A stretch of DNA of 64,000 nt from Longimicrobiales bacterium (GTDB lineage: Bacteria > Gemmatimonadota > Gemmatimonadetes > Longimicrobiales > Gaopeijiaceae): contig CAXXKM010000002.1 of assembly GCA_963664435.2 (NCBI GenBank), positions 704,001-768,000 on the forward strand, written 5' to 3'. Numbering within the stretch: the stretch's first letter is position 1; the number at the start of each line of letters is the position of its first letter. This document shows, piece after piece, positions 17,876-27,750 of this stretch. A program made the position numbers and the translations under genes. Under the pieces are notes generated by a model. It saw only the letters and a program-made list of their open reading frames with translations. It made no database searches and was not told the origin of the DNA.

Positions 17876-19573
17876 TTAGATCTCTCCCCGCCTCGACGCC
17901 CACACCGCGTAGTGGCTCGCCCGGGCCGCGAGCGCCATGTAGGTCAGCGACGGGTTCTGGCATCCGGACGAGGTCATGGCCGCGCCGTCGATGACGAAGA
18001 GGTTGGGCACGTCCCAGGCCTGGTTGAAGGCGTTGAGCACGGACGTCGCCGGGTCGCGGCCCATGCGCGCGGTGCCCATTTCGTGGATGGCGAGCCCGGG
18101 CGGCGAGACCACTGGCTGGGGGATGATGTCCCGCGCGCCCGCAGCCTCCAGCATTTCGGCGGCCTGTTCCACCGCTTCCCGCATCATCGCGCGCTCGTTC
18201 TCGCTCCAGTCACAGCGGATGCGCAGCGTGGGGACGCCCCAGGCGTCGACCTGCTCCGGGTCGAGGGCCACGTGGTTCTCCTCGCGCGGGAGGCACTCGC
18301 CGAAGGCGTGCAGCCGGAACTCCCAGGGGCCCGGGCGGGTGAGCTCGCGCTTGAAGTCGGCTCCGAAGCCCGGCATCGAGGTTCCGCGTCCCCATCCCAG
18401 GCGCTCGGCGGCGCCCTGGAACCCGTAGCCGCGCACGAAATCGGAGGAAGGCTCGGTGACGTTGGCGAAGCGGGCGATGTAGATGCCGTTGGGCCGCCGG
18501 CCGCGCGTGGTGCGGTCGTCCCAGCCGTCGAAGGTGGCGCGCGTGTCGTCGCACATGGCGTGGTCCATGAGGTACTTGCCGAGCACGCCGCTCGAGTTGG
18601 CCAGGCCATCGGGGAAGTCGGATGACGTCGAGTTGAGGAGGATGCGGGTCGATTCCAGGGCGGAGGCCCCCAGGAAGACGGTGCGCGCGTGGTACTCCAG
18701 CTCTTCGTGGGTCTCGCGGTCGATGACACGCACGCCGGTCACGCGTCCCCTCGCCGGGTCCCAGATGACGCTGGGCACCACGCTGTTGGGGCGCAGGGTC
18801 AGGCGGCCGGTCGCTTCAGCCGCGGGAAGGGTCGCGTTGATGGAGCTGAAATAGCTGCGGGTGCGGCAGCCGCGGTGACACGGGCCGCAGTAGTGGCAGG
18901 CGCGGCGGCCCTTGTGGTCGCGGGTGAGCACGGCGGTGCGCCCGATGGTCATGCGCCGGGTGCCGCCGTACGCACGTTCGATCGAATCGCGCATGTGCTC
19001 CTCGACGCAGGACATCGGCATCGGCGGCAGAAAGACTCCGTCCGGTACCTGGGCCAGCCCCTCGGCCTGTCCGCTGATGCCGACGAAGGCCTCGACGTGG
19101 TCGTACCAGGGGGCGATGTCGGCGTGGCGGATGGGCCAGTCGATGCCGTGGCCGTCGCGGGCGTTGGCCTCGAAGTCGAGGTCGCTCAGCCGGTAGCACT
19201 GCCGCGCCCACATGATCGAGCGGCCCCCGACCTGGCGTCCGCGGATCCACAGGAAAGGCTCCTCGGAGTCGCTGGTGTAGGGGTGCTCGTTGTCGTTGAC
19301 GAAGAACTTGCGCGCCACTTCGTCACAGGCGTAGCACTGGCTCTGGATGGGCTGGTCGGTGGCCAGGGCCTTGCGGTCGTTCCAGCCCCGGTAGGGCATC
19401 TCCGATGGGCGGGTGTGCTCGCCGTAGTCCCGCTCGGGGTCGATGGCGGGCCCGGCTTCGAGGACGAGGACGGTGGCGCCCAGTTCGGTGAGTTCCTTGG
19501 CCGCCCATCCGCCGGACATGCCCGAGCCGACGACGATGGCGTCGTATTCCTGGCGGCGTCGGCGGATGTTCAT
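17876..19573 (-). CDS. GMC oxidoreductase, glycoside 3-dehydrogenase-like flavoprotein subunit
   Basis: VVGSGMSGGWAAKEL, GGRSIMWAR, Fe-S motif CHYCGPCHRGC, HEMGTARMG, CQNPSLTYMAL. Confidence 0.92.
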   Translation of the reverse strand: MNIRRRRQEYDAIVVGSGMSGGWAAKELTELGATVLVLEAGPAIDPERDYGEHTRPSEMPYRGWNDRKALATDQPIQSQCYACDEVARKFFVNDNEHPYTSDSEEPFLWIRGRQVGGRSIMWARQCYRLSDLDFEANARDGHGIDWPIRHADIAPWYDHVEAFVGISGQAEGLAQVPDGVFLPPMPMSCVEEHMRDSIERAYGGTRRMTIGRTAVLTRDHKGRRACHYCGPCHRGCRTRSYFSSINATLPAAEATGRLTLRPNSVVPSVIWDPARGRVTGVRVIDRETHEELEYHARTVFLGASALESTRILLNSTSSDFPDGLANSSGVLGKYLMDHAMCDDTRATFDGWDDRTTRGRRPNGIYIARFANVTEPSSDFVRGYGFQGAAERLGWGRGTSMPGFGADFKRELTRPGPWEFRLHAFGECLPREENHVALDPEQVDAWGVPTLRIRCDWSENERAMMREAVEQAAEMLEAAGARDIIPQPVVSPPGLAIHEMGTARMGRDPATSVLNAFNQAWDVPNLFVIDGAAMTSSGCQNPSLTYMALAARASHYAVWASRRGEI

Positions 19574-20256
19574 GGGCCGAGTTCCGCAGTGGGGGCGGAC
19601 GCCGCGTGGGGCGCCGGGCTGCCGGATTGGACATCCTCAGCCCCGGTCGAGCCGCTTTCTGCGGCCGTCAGCGGCGCGCACCCCTCGAAGGCGGGGAAGG
19701 TGGTGCGGTAGCCGATGGCCTCCAGGCCCACCTCCGAGGTGAAGTACGCGGTCAGGGTGAAGCGCTTCACGTCGTGGAAGAAGTGCCGGGTCTCGTCGGT
19801 GGCGGGGTCGTCGCGGAGGCGGGTCAGTTCGGCGTCGAGGTCGCCCACCAGCGCCGCCTGCTGGGCCGGCGGGCAATCGGCGAAGTCGCTGCCGAAGCGG
19901 TCGCGGGCCGCCGGGTCCACCGTGTCGAGGCCCGCCAGGAACCGGTCGCGGTCGTCGTCGTCCAGCCACCCGTCCACCAAAGCAGCCACGAATTCCGTCA
20001 CACCGGCCTCCGATGCACCCGGGGTGTCGGTCGCGGGGATGATCACCTCGGCCAGGGCGGCCATTGCGCGCGCGCGGGGAGGGGTGAGGAGGCTGGCGGC
20101 CACCTGCGCCGCAGCGGCGTCGGTTCCCGCGGGCGCTCCGGCGGACGCGCGCACCCGCTCCGCCCAGGCGACCAGCTCCGCGAAGGCGCCTTCGGGCGCG
20201 AGCAGGGGACCGCCCACGATCCCGCCCAGCACGCCGATGGCCCGCCTTCGCTTCAT
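19570..20256 (-). CDS. Gluconate 2-dehydrogenase subunit 3 family (Tat escort subunit)
   Basis: MKRRRAI Tat-like N-terminus; IIPATDTPGA, YFTSEVG; ATGA overlap with the GMC gene. Confidence 0.88.
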   Translation of the reverse strand: MKRRRAIGVLGGIVGGPLLAPEGAFAELVAWAERVRASAGAPAGTDAAAAQVAASLLTPPRARAMAALAEVIIPATDTPGASEAGVTEFVAALVDGWLDDDDRDRFLAGLDTVDPAARDRFGSDFADCPPAQQAALVGDLDAELTRLRDDPATDETRHFFHDVKRFTLTAYFTSEVGLEAIGYRTTFPAFEGCAPLTAAESGSTGAEDVQSGSPAPHAASAPTAELGP

Positions 20257-20331
20257 GGGTTACCGTTTCCGCCGCCTGACGCGGCCGTGTCGGGACGAGG
20301 TTTCTCCGAACGAATTGGAGGCTCGGAAAAG

Positions 20332-21210
20332 ATGCCCAACCTTACACGTCGCCAAGTCCTGAAAGCAACCGGCGCCGCTTCGCTGGGGTTGATCGTCCCG
20401 GGGGCCGCCCAGGCGGACATCACCAGCCCCGTCGCCGCCTCCCAGACCGGCATCATCCAGTCCGTGGCCCGCTGGTGCTTCGAGGACATCCCCCTGCGCC
20501 CCTTCTGCGGCGCGGTCGCGGAGATGGGGCTGCCCGCCATCGATCTCCTGCTCGTGGAGGAATGGGCGGTCGCGCACGACCACGGCCTGGTCGTCTCGTG
20601 CGGCGACGTTGGTGCGGGCACCATCGAGGACGGCCTGAACGAGCCCCGCAATCACAGCACCATCATCCGCGCCTTCGAGGAGCACATCCCGCGAGCCGCG
20701 CGCGAGGGCGTACCCAACGTGATCTGCTTCTTCGGCAACCGCCGCGGCATGCCGGATGCGCCGGCCATCGACAACTCGATCCAATGCCTCCGGGAATGCG
20801 CGCCGATCGCCGAAGCCGAAGGCGTGACGATCCTGGTCGAGGCGCTCAACTCCAAGCCGGGCGGCCACGTTGACTACATCGGCGACCACATGTCCTATGC
20901 CCTCGAGGTGATCCGCGCCGTCAACTCCTCCCGCGTGCGCATCCTCTACGACGTCTACCACATGCAGATCATGGAGGGGGACATCATCCGCACGCTCACC
21001 GACTCCAGCGACTGGATCGGCCACTACCACACCGGCGGCGTCCCCGGGCGCGCGGAGATCGACGAGTCCCAGGAACTCAACTATCCCGCAATCGTGCGCG
21101 CCATCCGCGACACGGGATTCAGCGGCTACATGGCCCACGAGTTCATCCCGCAGAGCGGCGATCCCCTGCGCTCGCTGAGGGAGGCCGTGGAGATGTGCGC
21201 GCAGGCGTAG
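20332..21210 (+). CDS. Hydroxypyruvate-isomerase-like TIM-barrel (sugar isomerase/epimerase) protein, Tat-exported
   Basis: MPNLTRRQVLK; QSVARWC, EALNSK, LYDVYHMQIMEGD, HYHTGGVPGR, HEFIP; ggagg RBS. Confidence 0.88.
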   Translation: MPNLTRRQVLKATGAASLGLIVPGAAQADITSPVAASQTGIIQSVARWCFEDIPLRPFCGAVAEMGLPAIDLLLVEEWAVAHDHGLVVSCGDVGAGTIEDGLNEPRNHSTIIRAFEEHIPRAAREGVPNVICFFGNRRGMPDAPAIDNSIQCLRECAPIAEAEGVTILVEALNSKPGGHVDYIGDHMSYALEVIRAVNSSRVRILYDVYHMQIMEGDIIRTLTDSSDWIGHYHTGGVPGRAEIDESQELNYPAIVRAIRDTGFSGYMAHEFIPQSGDPLRSLREAVEMCAQA

Positions 21211-21335
21211 GGTTGATCGAATCCGCAAGTCCATGAAATGGAAGAAAGAAGCGGTCAAGAACGCGGTCACCCAACCTGCCAAATAACGTATCAGACATCG
21301 GATTACTACTTCCCTATCTACCTGTAATACATTAT

Positions 21336-21365
21336 CTTGTTCTGTCACATAACGTGTCAAACAAG
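21336..21365 (+). promoter_or_regulatory. Imperfect inverted repeat (candidate operator) in the AT-rich promoter region of the Fic gene
   Basis: cttgttctgtcac-ataac-gtgtcaaacaag, just downstream of a -10-like tgtaat (21323-21328) and abutting the RBS. Confidence 0.4.
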
Positions 21366-21376
21366 GTGCACTAAAC

Positions 21377-22573
21377 ATGGATTGGTCGCGGTTCAGCTTC
21401 CAGTACCTTCTGGATCTGAAGGGCTTCATGCGCCTGCTCATCCGGATTGAGGGACGAAAAGAAGCGGCGATGAGCCTTCTACTGCCTTCCGAGTGGAAGG
21501 AAAGGCTAGACCTCCTGAACCGAATCAGAACGATCCACGGGTCGACCGCTCTAGAGGGCAACCCTCTGTCAGAGACCCAGGTCGGCAGGTTCCTTGAGGG
21601 GAAGGCAGAGCTTGATCCCATGAGCAGGGACATGCGTCAGATCCAGAACGCCGACGCCGCTCAAGAGTGGGTTAGAGCTCGGTTCGGTCCGGACAGGGCA
21701 CCGATCAGGCTCGAAGACATCCTACAGATGCACGAGCTGATGACGAGGCACTCCGACGAAACCAACAACGTTCCCGGCCGATTTCGCTCCCACGACGTTC
21801 AGGTCGGGACGCCAGACCTGGGTGGCATCCACGTGGGAGCGCCTTACGAGGGACTTAGCGGGTTCATGGCCGATTTCATATGCTTCGTGAATTCACCTCA
21901 GCTCAAGAACGAACACCCCGTGGTCAAGGCGCTGCTGGCCCACTTCTTTCTGGTCACGATCCATCCGTTCGGGGATGGAAACGGTCGTGTCTCGCGTCTC
22001 GTCGAAGCGGCCATCCTCTACGAGGGAGGCTACAACATCCACGGATTCTACGGGCTCTCGAACTACTTCTACCGAAACGGAGACGAATACAAGAGGCGGC
22101 TGCAGGAATGCCGCCGGCAACAGCCGTTTGATCTGGCGCCCTTTGTGGCCTTCGGGCTGCGCGGCTTCGAGGCCGAGCTGGAAGGAATAAACAACTTCAT
22201 CAAGACGAAGCTGAACCGCCTGGTCTACCGCGACACCATCACCAGCGCGCTCGCTCAGCGCGTGAGCAAGCGCCGGCGACTGCTAAATGTCCGAGAGTAT
22301 CAGCTTCTCGCCTTCCTTCTGGAAGAAACCGAGCCGCAGGATCCCTTCTCAGAGGATCCGTCCGAAAAGATCCGTTTGAGCGACCTGGTCAACTCGCCCT
22401 ACGTGAGAAGCGCCTATCATGATGTGACCAACAGGACCTTCAGGCGGGAACTGACGCGGCTGGCTGAACTGGGGTTCATCGTTTTCGACCATCTGCCCGA
22501 GTCCGGCGAATACACCGTCGAGATCGATTTCGGAGTCATCGAGAAGAATTTCGCCGAATTCAGCAGCGGTTAA
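21377..22573 (+). CDS. Fic family protein (AMPylase) with N-terminal autoinhibitory motif and probable C-terminal winged HTH
   Basis: Canonical HPFGDGNGRVSR; STALEGN matches (S/T)xxxE(G/N); C-terminal TFRRELTRLAELGFI; less GC-rich than neighbours. Confidence 0.92.
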   Translation: MDWSRFSFQYLLDLKGFMRLLIRIEGRKEAAMSLLLPSEWKERLDLLNRIRTIHGSTALEGNPLSETQVGRFLEGKAELDPMSRDMRQIQNADAAQEWVRARFGPDRAPIRLEDILQMHELMTRHSDETNNVPGRFRSHDVQVGTPDLGGIHVGAPYEGLSGFMADFICFVNSPQLKNEHPVVKALLAHFFLVTIHPFGDGNGRVSRLVEAAILYEGGYNIHGFYGLSNYFYRNGDEYKRRLQECRRQQPFDLAPFVAFGLRGFEAELEGINNFIKTKLNRLVYRDTITSALAQRVSKRRRLLNVREYQLLAFLLEETEPQDPFSEDPSEKIRLSDLVNSPYVRSAYHDVTNRTFRRELTRLAELGFIVFDHLPESGEYTVEIDFGVIEKNFAEFSSG

Positions 22574-22580
22574 CGCCGGG

Positions 22581-22614
22581 CCGGGGCGTGTCGACCGCGC
22601 CCTCGGTATTTCTT
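22581..22614 (+). terminator. Possible intrinsic terminator after the Fic gene
   Basis: gggcgtg-tcgac-cgcgccc stem followed by tatttctt. Confidence 0.4.
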
Positions 22615-22654
22615 CCTCCTGGCCTCGCGATGCCGGAGCAGTCGCCCTGAGTAC

Positions 22655-23713
22655 CTAATACATCCGCTCCCCCTGGAAGACGTTGCGCATGTCTTCGTAA
22701 CGCCCGTCCAGGTAGCAGCGGAGGTTGTGGCGGAAGATGTCGGTGATCTTGCGGTTCTCGCTTGCGGCGTTCGCCGAGGAGTGGGGGCTGACGATCACGT
22801 TGGGCAGGTCCCAGAAGGGGCTGTCGGGCGGGAGCGGCTCGTCCGCGAACACGTCCAGGCCCGCGAGTGCGATGCGGCCGTCGCGCAGCGCTTCCAGGAG
22901 GGGCGCCTCGTCGACGACTCCGCCGCGGGCCACGTTGACCAGGACCGTCCCCGGCTTGAGCGCTCGCAACGCGGCGGCATCCAGCAGCCCGTCCGTTTCC
23001 GGCGTGTGGGGGACGCTGAGGACCAGGGCGTCGGCTTCGGCGAGCATTTCGTGCATGGCGTCGTTCGGATGGAGCGCGTCCACGCCGAGTTCCGCGGCTG
23101 AGCGGCGCGATCCCGGGCTGGCGAGAGCGACGACGCGCATCCCGAAGCAACGAGCCACCCGTGCCACCTGGCGCCCGACCTCCCCTGCCCCGACAATCGC
23201 GAGCGTCCTGCCCTCCAACTCCTCTCCGCAGAAGCGCTCCCACAGGTGCCGACGCTGAAGGTCGGCGAGATGGGAGAGCCTGCGCACGTGCGCAAGGAGG
23301 ACCAGGAAGACGAACTCGGCCAGAGGGCCGCCGTGCACGCCGCGCGCGGTCGTGATCAGCAGATCCGAGTCGAGCAGGCCCAACGCTTCGACTGTCCGGC
23401 CCACCCCTGAACTGGTCGCCTGGATCCAGCGCACATTCGGCGCGTAGGCGAGCCCCCCGCTGCCGTCCGGGTTGCGTGGCGGGAAGTCCCAGAGGATGTC
23501 GGCGCGCTCGAGATGCGCTCGCCAGCGCGCCTGTTGCTCGGGTGTGCGGCGGAAGTCGGCGGGACCGGTGTGGTCGGCCTCGTAGCGTTTGGGGGGCAGA
23601 ACATCCGGGTCGTAGACGACTTCGAGCCGCTCGGTGTCGACGGCTCGGATACGCTCCACCTGTTCTGACTCGAGCGGGCTGGCGATGAAGATGTTGAGGC
23701 GTTTCGGGGTCAT
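22655..23713 (-). CDS. D-2-hydroxyacid dehydrogenase family protein
   Basis: IVGAGEVG, VPHTPET, VNVARG, LDVFADEPLP, VSPHSS. Confidence 0.92.
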   Translation of the reverse strand: MTPKRLNIFIASPLESEQVERIRAVDTERLEVVYDPDVLPPKRYEADHTGPADFRRTPEQQARWRAHLERADILWDFPPRNPDGSGGLAYAPNVRWIQATSSGVGRTVEALGLLDSDLLITTARGVHGGPLAEFVFLVLLAHVRRLSHLADLQRRHLWERFCGEELEGRTLAIVGAGEVGRQVARVARCFGMRVVALASPGSRRSAAELGVDALHPNDAMHEMLAEADALVLSVPHTPETDGLLDAAALRALKPGTVLVNVARGGVVDEAPLLEALRDGRIALAGLDVFADEPLPPDSPFWDLPNVIVSPHSSANAASENRKITDIFRHNLRCYLDGRYEDMRNVFQGERMY

Positions 23714-23796
23714 GGGGGGCTGTGGCAGGCGGGGGTCGATGGAATGCGAGGAGGCTGGGAGCCTGTGCGCTCGTCCCGGCCGTTGGGGAGCGCACC

Positions 23797-23820
23797 TCGG
23801 ATAACCTATCGGATAACCTA
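23797..23820. promoter_or_regulatory. Perfect 12-bp tandem direct repeat in a divergent promoter region
   Basis: tcggataaccta twice (23797-23808, 23809-23820) between the divergent dehydrogenase and M14 peptidase genes. Confidence 0.45.
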
Positions 23821-24014
23821 CTCGTCAAGGCCTCACGTGCGGATGGGCGGCATCATGGCGGATGTCCCGAGCGGCCGCCATCCGCCCCCGCGCATCCGTC
23901 ACTCGGGCTCGCGCATGTTCCGGTAAGCCCGCCGCCTCCTTAGTATCATCCGGTTCCGGTCCCCGCATCCTCCGGTGCTGAACGCCGTTCGTTCCCCCAT
24001 CCTCTACGAGAATC

Positions 24015-26636
24015 ATGCTTGCCACCATCGCCCTCGCCGCGCTGCTGCAGCTTCCCGGACCCCAGGCCCCCGCCTCGCCGGGCGAGTTCGTTCCCGGTAC
24101 GACGTACGACCCGGCCATCCCCACGATAGCGTCCGTGGTGGGGCACGAGGTCTGGGAGGTGGTCACGCCTCCGGACCAGGTCGTGCGCTACTTCGAGGCG
24201 CTGGCCGAGGCGGCCCCGGAACGCACACACATGATCCAGTACGCCGACAGCTGGGAGGGGCGGCCGCTGGTGATCATGGTGATCGGATCGCCCGAGCGGA
24301 TCGGGTCGCTGGACGAGGTGAAGGCCGGGCTGGCGCGCCTGGCCTATCCGGATGGGCTGTCGGACGCCGAGGCCGCGGAACTCATCGCCGGGCTGCCGGT
24401 CGTAACCGCGCTCATGCACGGCATCCATGGCAACGAGATCAGCTCGAGCGGGGCGGCCATGATGGAGGCGTACCACCTGCTCGCGGCCGAGAACGACCCC
24501 GACGTCGACCTCATCTTCGCCGAATCGCTGGTGCTCGTCGATCCGGTGGAGAACCCCGACGGGCGCAATCGCTTCGTTCAGGAGAACACCATGGCGGCGG
24601 CGGTTCGGCCCAACGTCGAGTCCTGGTCGGCGGAGCACGACGAGCGCTGGCCGGGCGGGCGCGTCAACCACTACCTGTTCGACCTGAACCGCGACCTGTT
24701 CATCCAGAGCCAGTCGGAGACGCAGGGGAAGGTGGAGGTCTTCCTGGAATACTGGCCGCATATCGTTGCCGATCTGCACGAGATGGGCGGCGACGCCACC
24801 TACTTCTTCCCGCCCACCGCACCCCCGGAAAACCCCTGGTACGGGGAGCGCCAGATCGCGCTCATGGACGTGTTCGGACGCGCCAACGCGGCCGCCTTCG
24901 ACGCACGGGGCTTCGCCTACTTCAACCGCGACGTCTACGACGCCTTCTATCCGGGCTACGTGGACATGTGGCCGATGAACCACGGCGCGCTCGGCATGAC
25001 CTACGAGCAGGCGTCGGCGCGCGCGCTGGTGCTCGAGCAGTCCGACGGCGACATGCTGACCTATGGGGACGGGGTGCTGCACCACTTCACCGCCGCGATG
25101 GCCACGGCGCACACCTCGGCCGTGAACCGGGAGCGCATCCTCACCGACTATCTGGAATTCCGGCGCGAGGGGATCGAGCTGGGCGGCCAGGGCGTCGCCG
25201 AGTACGTGCTTCACTCGGCGCACGACGCGGGGATGGCGGAGCGGCTCGCTCGCATGCTGGTGCGCAACGGCATCGAAGTGCGTGAGGCGAGCGGGCCTGT
25301 GAACGTAGCCGGCCGCCAGCTTCCCTCCGAGGGCACCTTCATCGTCCCCATGGACCAGCCGGCGCACCGCTTTGCGCGCAACCTGCTCGACGCGCACGTG
25401 CCCATGGCGGAGGACTTCGTTCAGGAGCAGATCGAACGCCGCGCCCGGCGCGAGCCCGACCAGATCTACGACCTGACCGCCTGGAGCCAGTCGCTGCTCT
25501 GGGATGTGGAGGCCATCACCGTCGAGCGGCCCACCGGGGCGGCCGGGGCGGCCGTCACGGCCACGCGCGAGCCGGAGGCGCTGGCGCTTCCGGAGGCCAC
25601 CGTCGGCTACCTCCTCCCGTGGGGAACGAGCGCGGCCGGAGCCGTGACCGAGGCCCTGAGCGAAGGCGTGCGCGTTCGGGCCGCCGGCGCCCGCTTCACG
25701 CTGGACGGACGCGAGTACCCGATGGGGACCGCGATCGTGCGCACCGCCGAAAACGGGCCGGACCTGCGCGCGACGCTGGGGCGCATCGCCGGGGCGCACG
25801 GAGCCGAAGTGGTTCCGATCGACGGCGCCTACGTGACCGAAGGGGCGTCGCTGGGGAGCCGGTCCACGAGAGGGCTGCGCGAGCCGAGGGTGCTGCTGGT
25901 CTACGACGAGCCCGGCCAGACATACTCGGTGGGCTGGACCCGCTACGTTCTGGAGCGCCGCTACGGTCAGGCCACCACGGTCGTGCGCGCGTCCAGTCTG
26001 GGCGGCGCGGACCTGAACCGCTACGACGTGATCGTCTTCCCGAGCGGCAACTACTCGGGCGCCGTCGGTGGCGGCCTGCAGGACCGGCTGAGCGAGTGGA
26101 TGCGGGGCGGCGGCACTCTCATCACCATGGCCGAGTCGACCCGCTGGGCCACGCGGGCCGGCTTGCTTGCCACCACGGCCGAACGCCGCGGTGGCCGCGC
26201 CGAGGCCGACGATCCCCCGGATCCAGGCACGCCCGAACAGCCCATCGAATACCTGGATGCCATCGCGCCGACGGACGAGGCTCCGGAATCCGTGCCGGGC
26301 GCCATCCTCCGGGTGCTGCTCGACGACGAGCACTGGCTCGCCTCCGGGACCGACGGCGAGATCGGGGTTCTGGTGGAGGGATCGCGGGTATTCCGCCCGG
26401 TGACCCTGAATGACGGCACCAACGTCGGACGCTACGCCGGCGAGGAAGACCTGGTGCTCTCGGGCATCGTCTGGGAGGAATCGCGTCCGCAGCTGGCCAA
26501 CAAGGCCTTCCTCATCCATCAGCCGGTCGGATCCGGCCAGATCGTCGCCTTCGCCGAGGATCCCAACTATCGTGCGTACGCGGAAGCGACCCAGCTCCTG
26601 TTCATGAACGCCGTCCTGCTCGGACCGGGGCGCTGA
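24015..26636 (+). CDS. M14 zinc carboxypeptidase family protein, exported
   Basis: GIHGNE, NPDGR, DLNRD, DLHEMG; C-terminal glutamine-amidotransferase-like region. Confidence 0.9.
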   Translation: MLATIALAALLQLPGPQAPASPGEFVPGTTYDPAIPTIASVVGHEVWEVVTPPDQVVRYFEALAEAAPERTHMIQYADSWEGRPLVIMVIGSPERIGSLDEVKAGLARLAYPDGLSDAEAAELIAGLPVVTALMHGIHGNEISSSGAAMMEAYHLLAAENDPDVDLIFAESLVLVDPVENPDGRNRFVQENTMAAAVRPNVESWSAEHDERWPGGRVNHYLFDLNRDLFIQSQSETQGKVEVFLEYWPHIVADLHEMGGDATYFFPPTAPPENPWYGERQIALMDVFGRANAAAFDARGFAYFNRDVYDAFYPGYVDMWPMNHGALGMTYEQASARALVLEQSDGDMLTYGDGVLHHFTAAMATAHTSAVNRERILTDYLEFRREGIELGGQGVAEYVLHSAHDAGMAERLARMLVRNGIEVREASGPVNVAGRQLPSEGTFIVPMDQPAHRFARNLLDAHVPMAEDFVQEQIERRARREPDQIYDLTAWSQSLLWDVEAITVERPTGAAGAAVTATREPEALALPEATVGYLLPWGTSAAGAVTEALSEGVRVRAAGARFTLDGREYPMGTAIVRTAENGPDLRATLGRIAGAHGAEVVPIDGAYVTEGASLGSRSTRGLREPRVLLVYDEPGQTYSVGWTRYVLERRYGQATTVVRASSLGGADLNRYDVIVFPSGNYSGAVGGGLQDRLSEWMRGGGTLITMAESTRWATRAGLLATTAERRGGRAEADDPPDPGTPEQPIEYLDAIAPTDEAPESVPGAILRVLLDDEHWLASGTDGEIGVLVEGSRVFRPVTLNDGTNVGRYAGEEDLVLSGIVWEESRPQLANKAFLIHQPVGSGQIVAFAEDPNYRAYAEATQLLFMNAVLLGPGR

Positions 26637-26761
26637 GAAGTGAAGGAGGAGGCATCGAGCATCGAGGCTCGGGGGCGGCAGCCTCGTTCCGGCCTCCGCG
26701 AGGCAAGAGCGCGCATCGGCAGCGCGCGGAACCCGAACCTGACTGACCGGAGAACGACCGA

Positions 26762-27745
26762 ATGAAGATCTGCGTGGTGGGCGCGGGAGCCATCGGCGGA
26801 CTGCTCGCCGTGAAGCTTGCGAATGCGGGGGAGGACGTGACGGTGATCGACCAGGGTCCGCACCTGGAGGCCATCCAGCGTAGCGGGCTCAGGCTGATCA
26901 TGGCCGACGGATCCGAGCACCAGGCCGCGCTCGACGCCCGGGACGACATGGAGGGCGTGGGCGAGCAGGACCTCGTCATTCTGGCGGTGAAGGCGCAGGT
27001 GCTGCCGCTGGTGGCCCCAGGGGTCCGCGGCATGCTCGGTCCCGGGACCATGGTGGTGCCGGTTCAGAACGGGCTTCCCTGGTGGTACTTCGAGAAGCAC
27101 GGCGGCCCGTTCGCCGGGCACCGGCTGCAGTCGCTCGACCCCGACGGCATCCTCGCCGACAGCATCGACGTCGATCACATCGTGGGCACCGTGACCTTCC
27201 CCGCGGGCGAGATCGCCGCGCCCGGGGTGGTGCGCCACACCGAGGGCAACCGCTTCCCCATCGGCGAGCTGGACGGGTCGCGCACGGAGCGCGCCCAGCT
27301 GCTCGTTGACACCCTCACCCGCGCCGGCTTCAAGTCGTTCGTCATCGAGGACATCCGCGCGGAGATGTGGCTCAAGCTGTGGGGCAACCTCTCCTTCAAC
27401 CCGATCAGCGCCCTCACCCGCGCCACGCTCGTGGACATCTGCCAGTACCCGCTCACTCGGCAGCTGGCGCGCACGCTGATGGAGGAGGCCCAGGAGGTGG
27501 CGGGCAAGCTGGGGATCACCTTCCGGGTCGGGATCGACCGGCGCATCGCGGGCGCGGAGCGCGTGGGCGCGCACAAGACGTCGATGCTCCAGGACGTCGA
27601 GGCGGGCCGCTCGCTCGAGATCGACGCCATCATAGGCGTTGTCGGCGAGCTCGGCCGGCTGGTGGGGGTGCCCACCCCGAGCGTGGATGCCATCCAGGCC
27701 CTGGTCGCGCTGCTCGACAAGGGGGTGCGGGAGGGAACGGTCTAG
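26762..27745 (+). CDS. panE: 2-dehydropantoate 2-reductase family (PanE/ApbA), PanE2-like clade
   Basis: VGAGAIGG, QNGLPWWYF, WLKLWGN, KTSMLQD, EIDAI. Confidence 0.85.
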   Translation: MKICVVGAGAIGGLLAVKLANAGEDVTVIDQGPHLEAIQRSGLRLIMADGSEHQAALDARDDMEGVGEQDLVILAVKAQVLPLVAPGVRGMLGPGTMVVPVQNGLPWWYFEKHGGPFAGHRLQSLDPDGILADSIDVDHIVGTVTFPAGEIAAPGVVRHTEGNRFPIGELDGSRTERAQLLVDTLTRAGFKSFVIEDIRAEMWLKLWGNLSFNPISALTRATLVDICQYPLTRQLARTLMEEAQEVAGKLGITFRVGIDRRIAGAERVGAHKTSMLQDVEAGRSLEIDAIIGVVGELGRLVGVPTPSVDAIQALVALLDKGVREGTV

Positions 27746-27750
27746 AGGCT

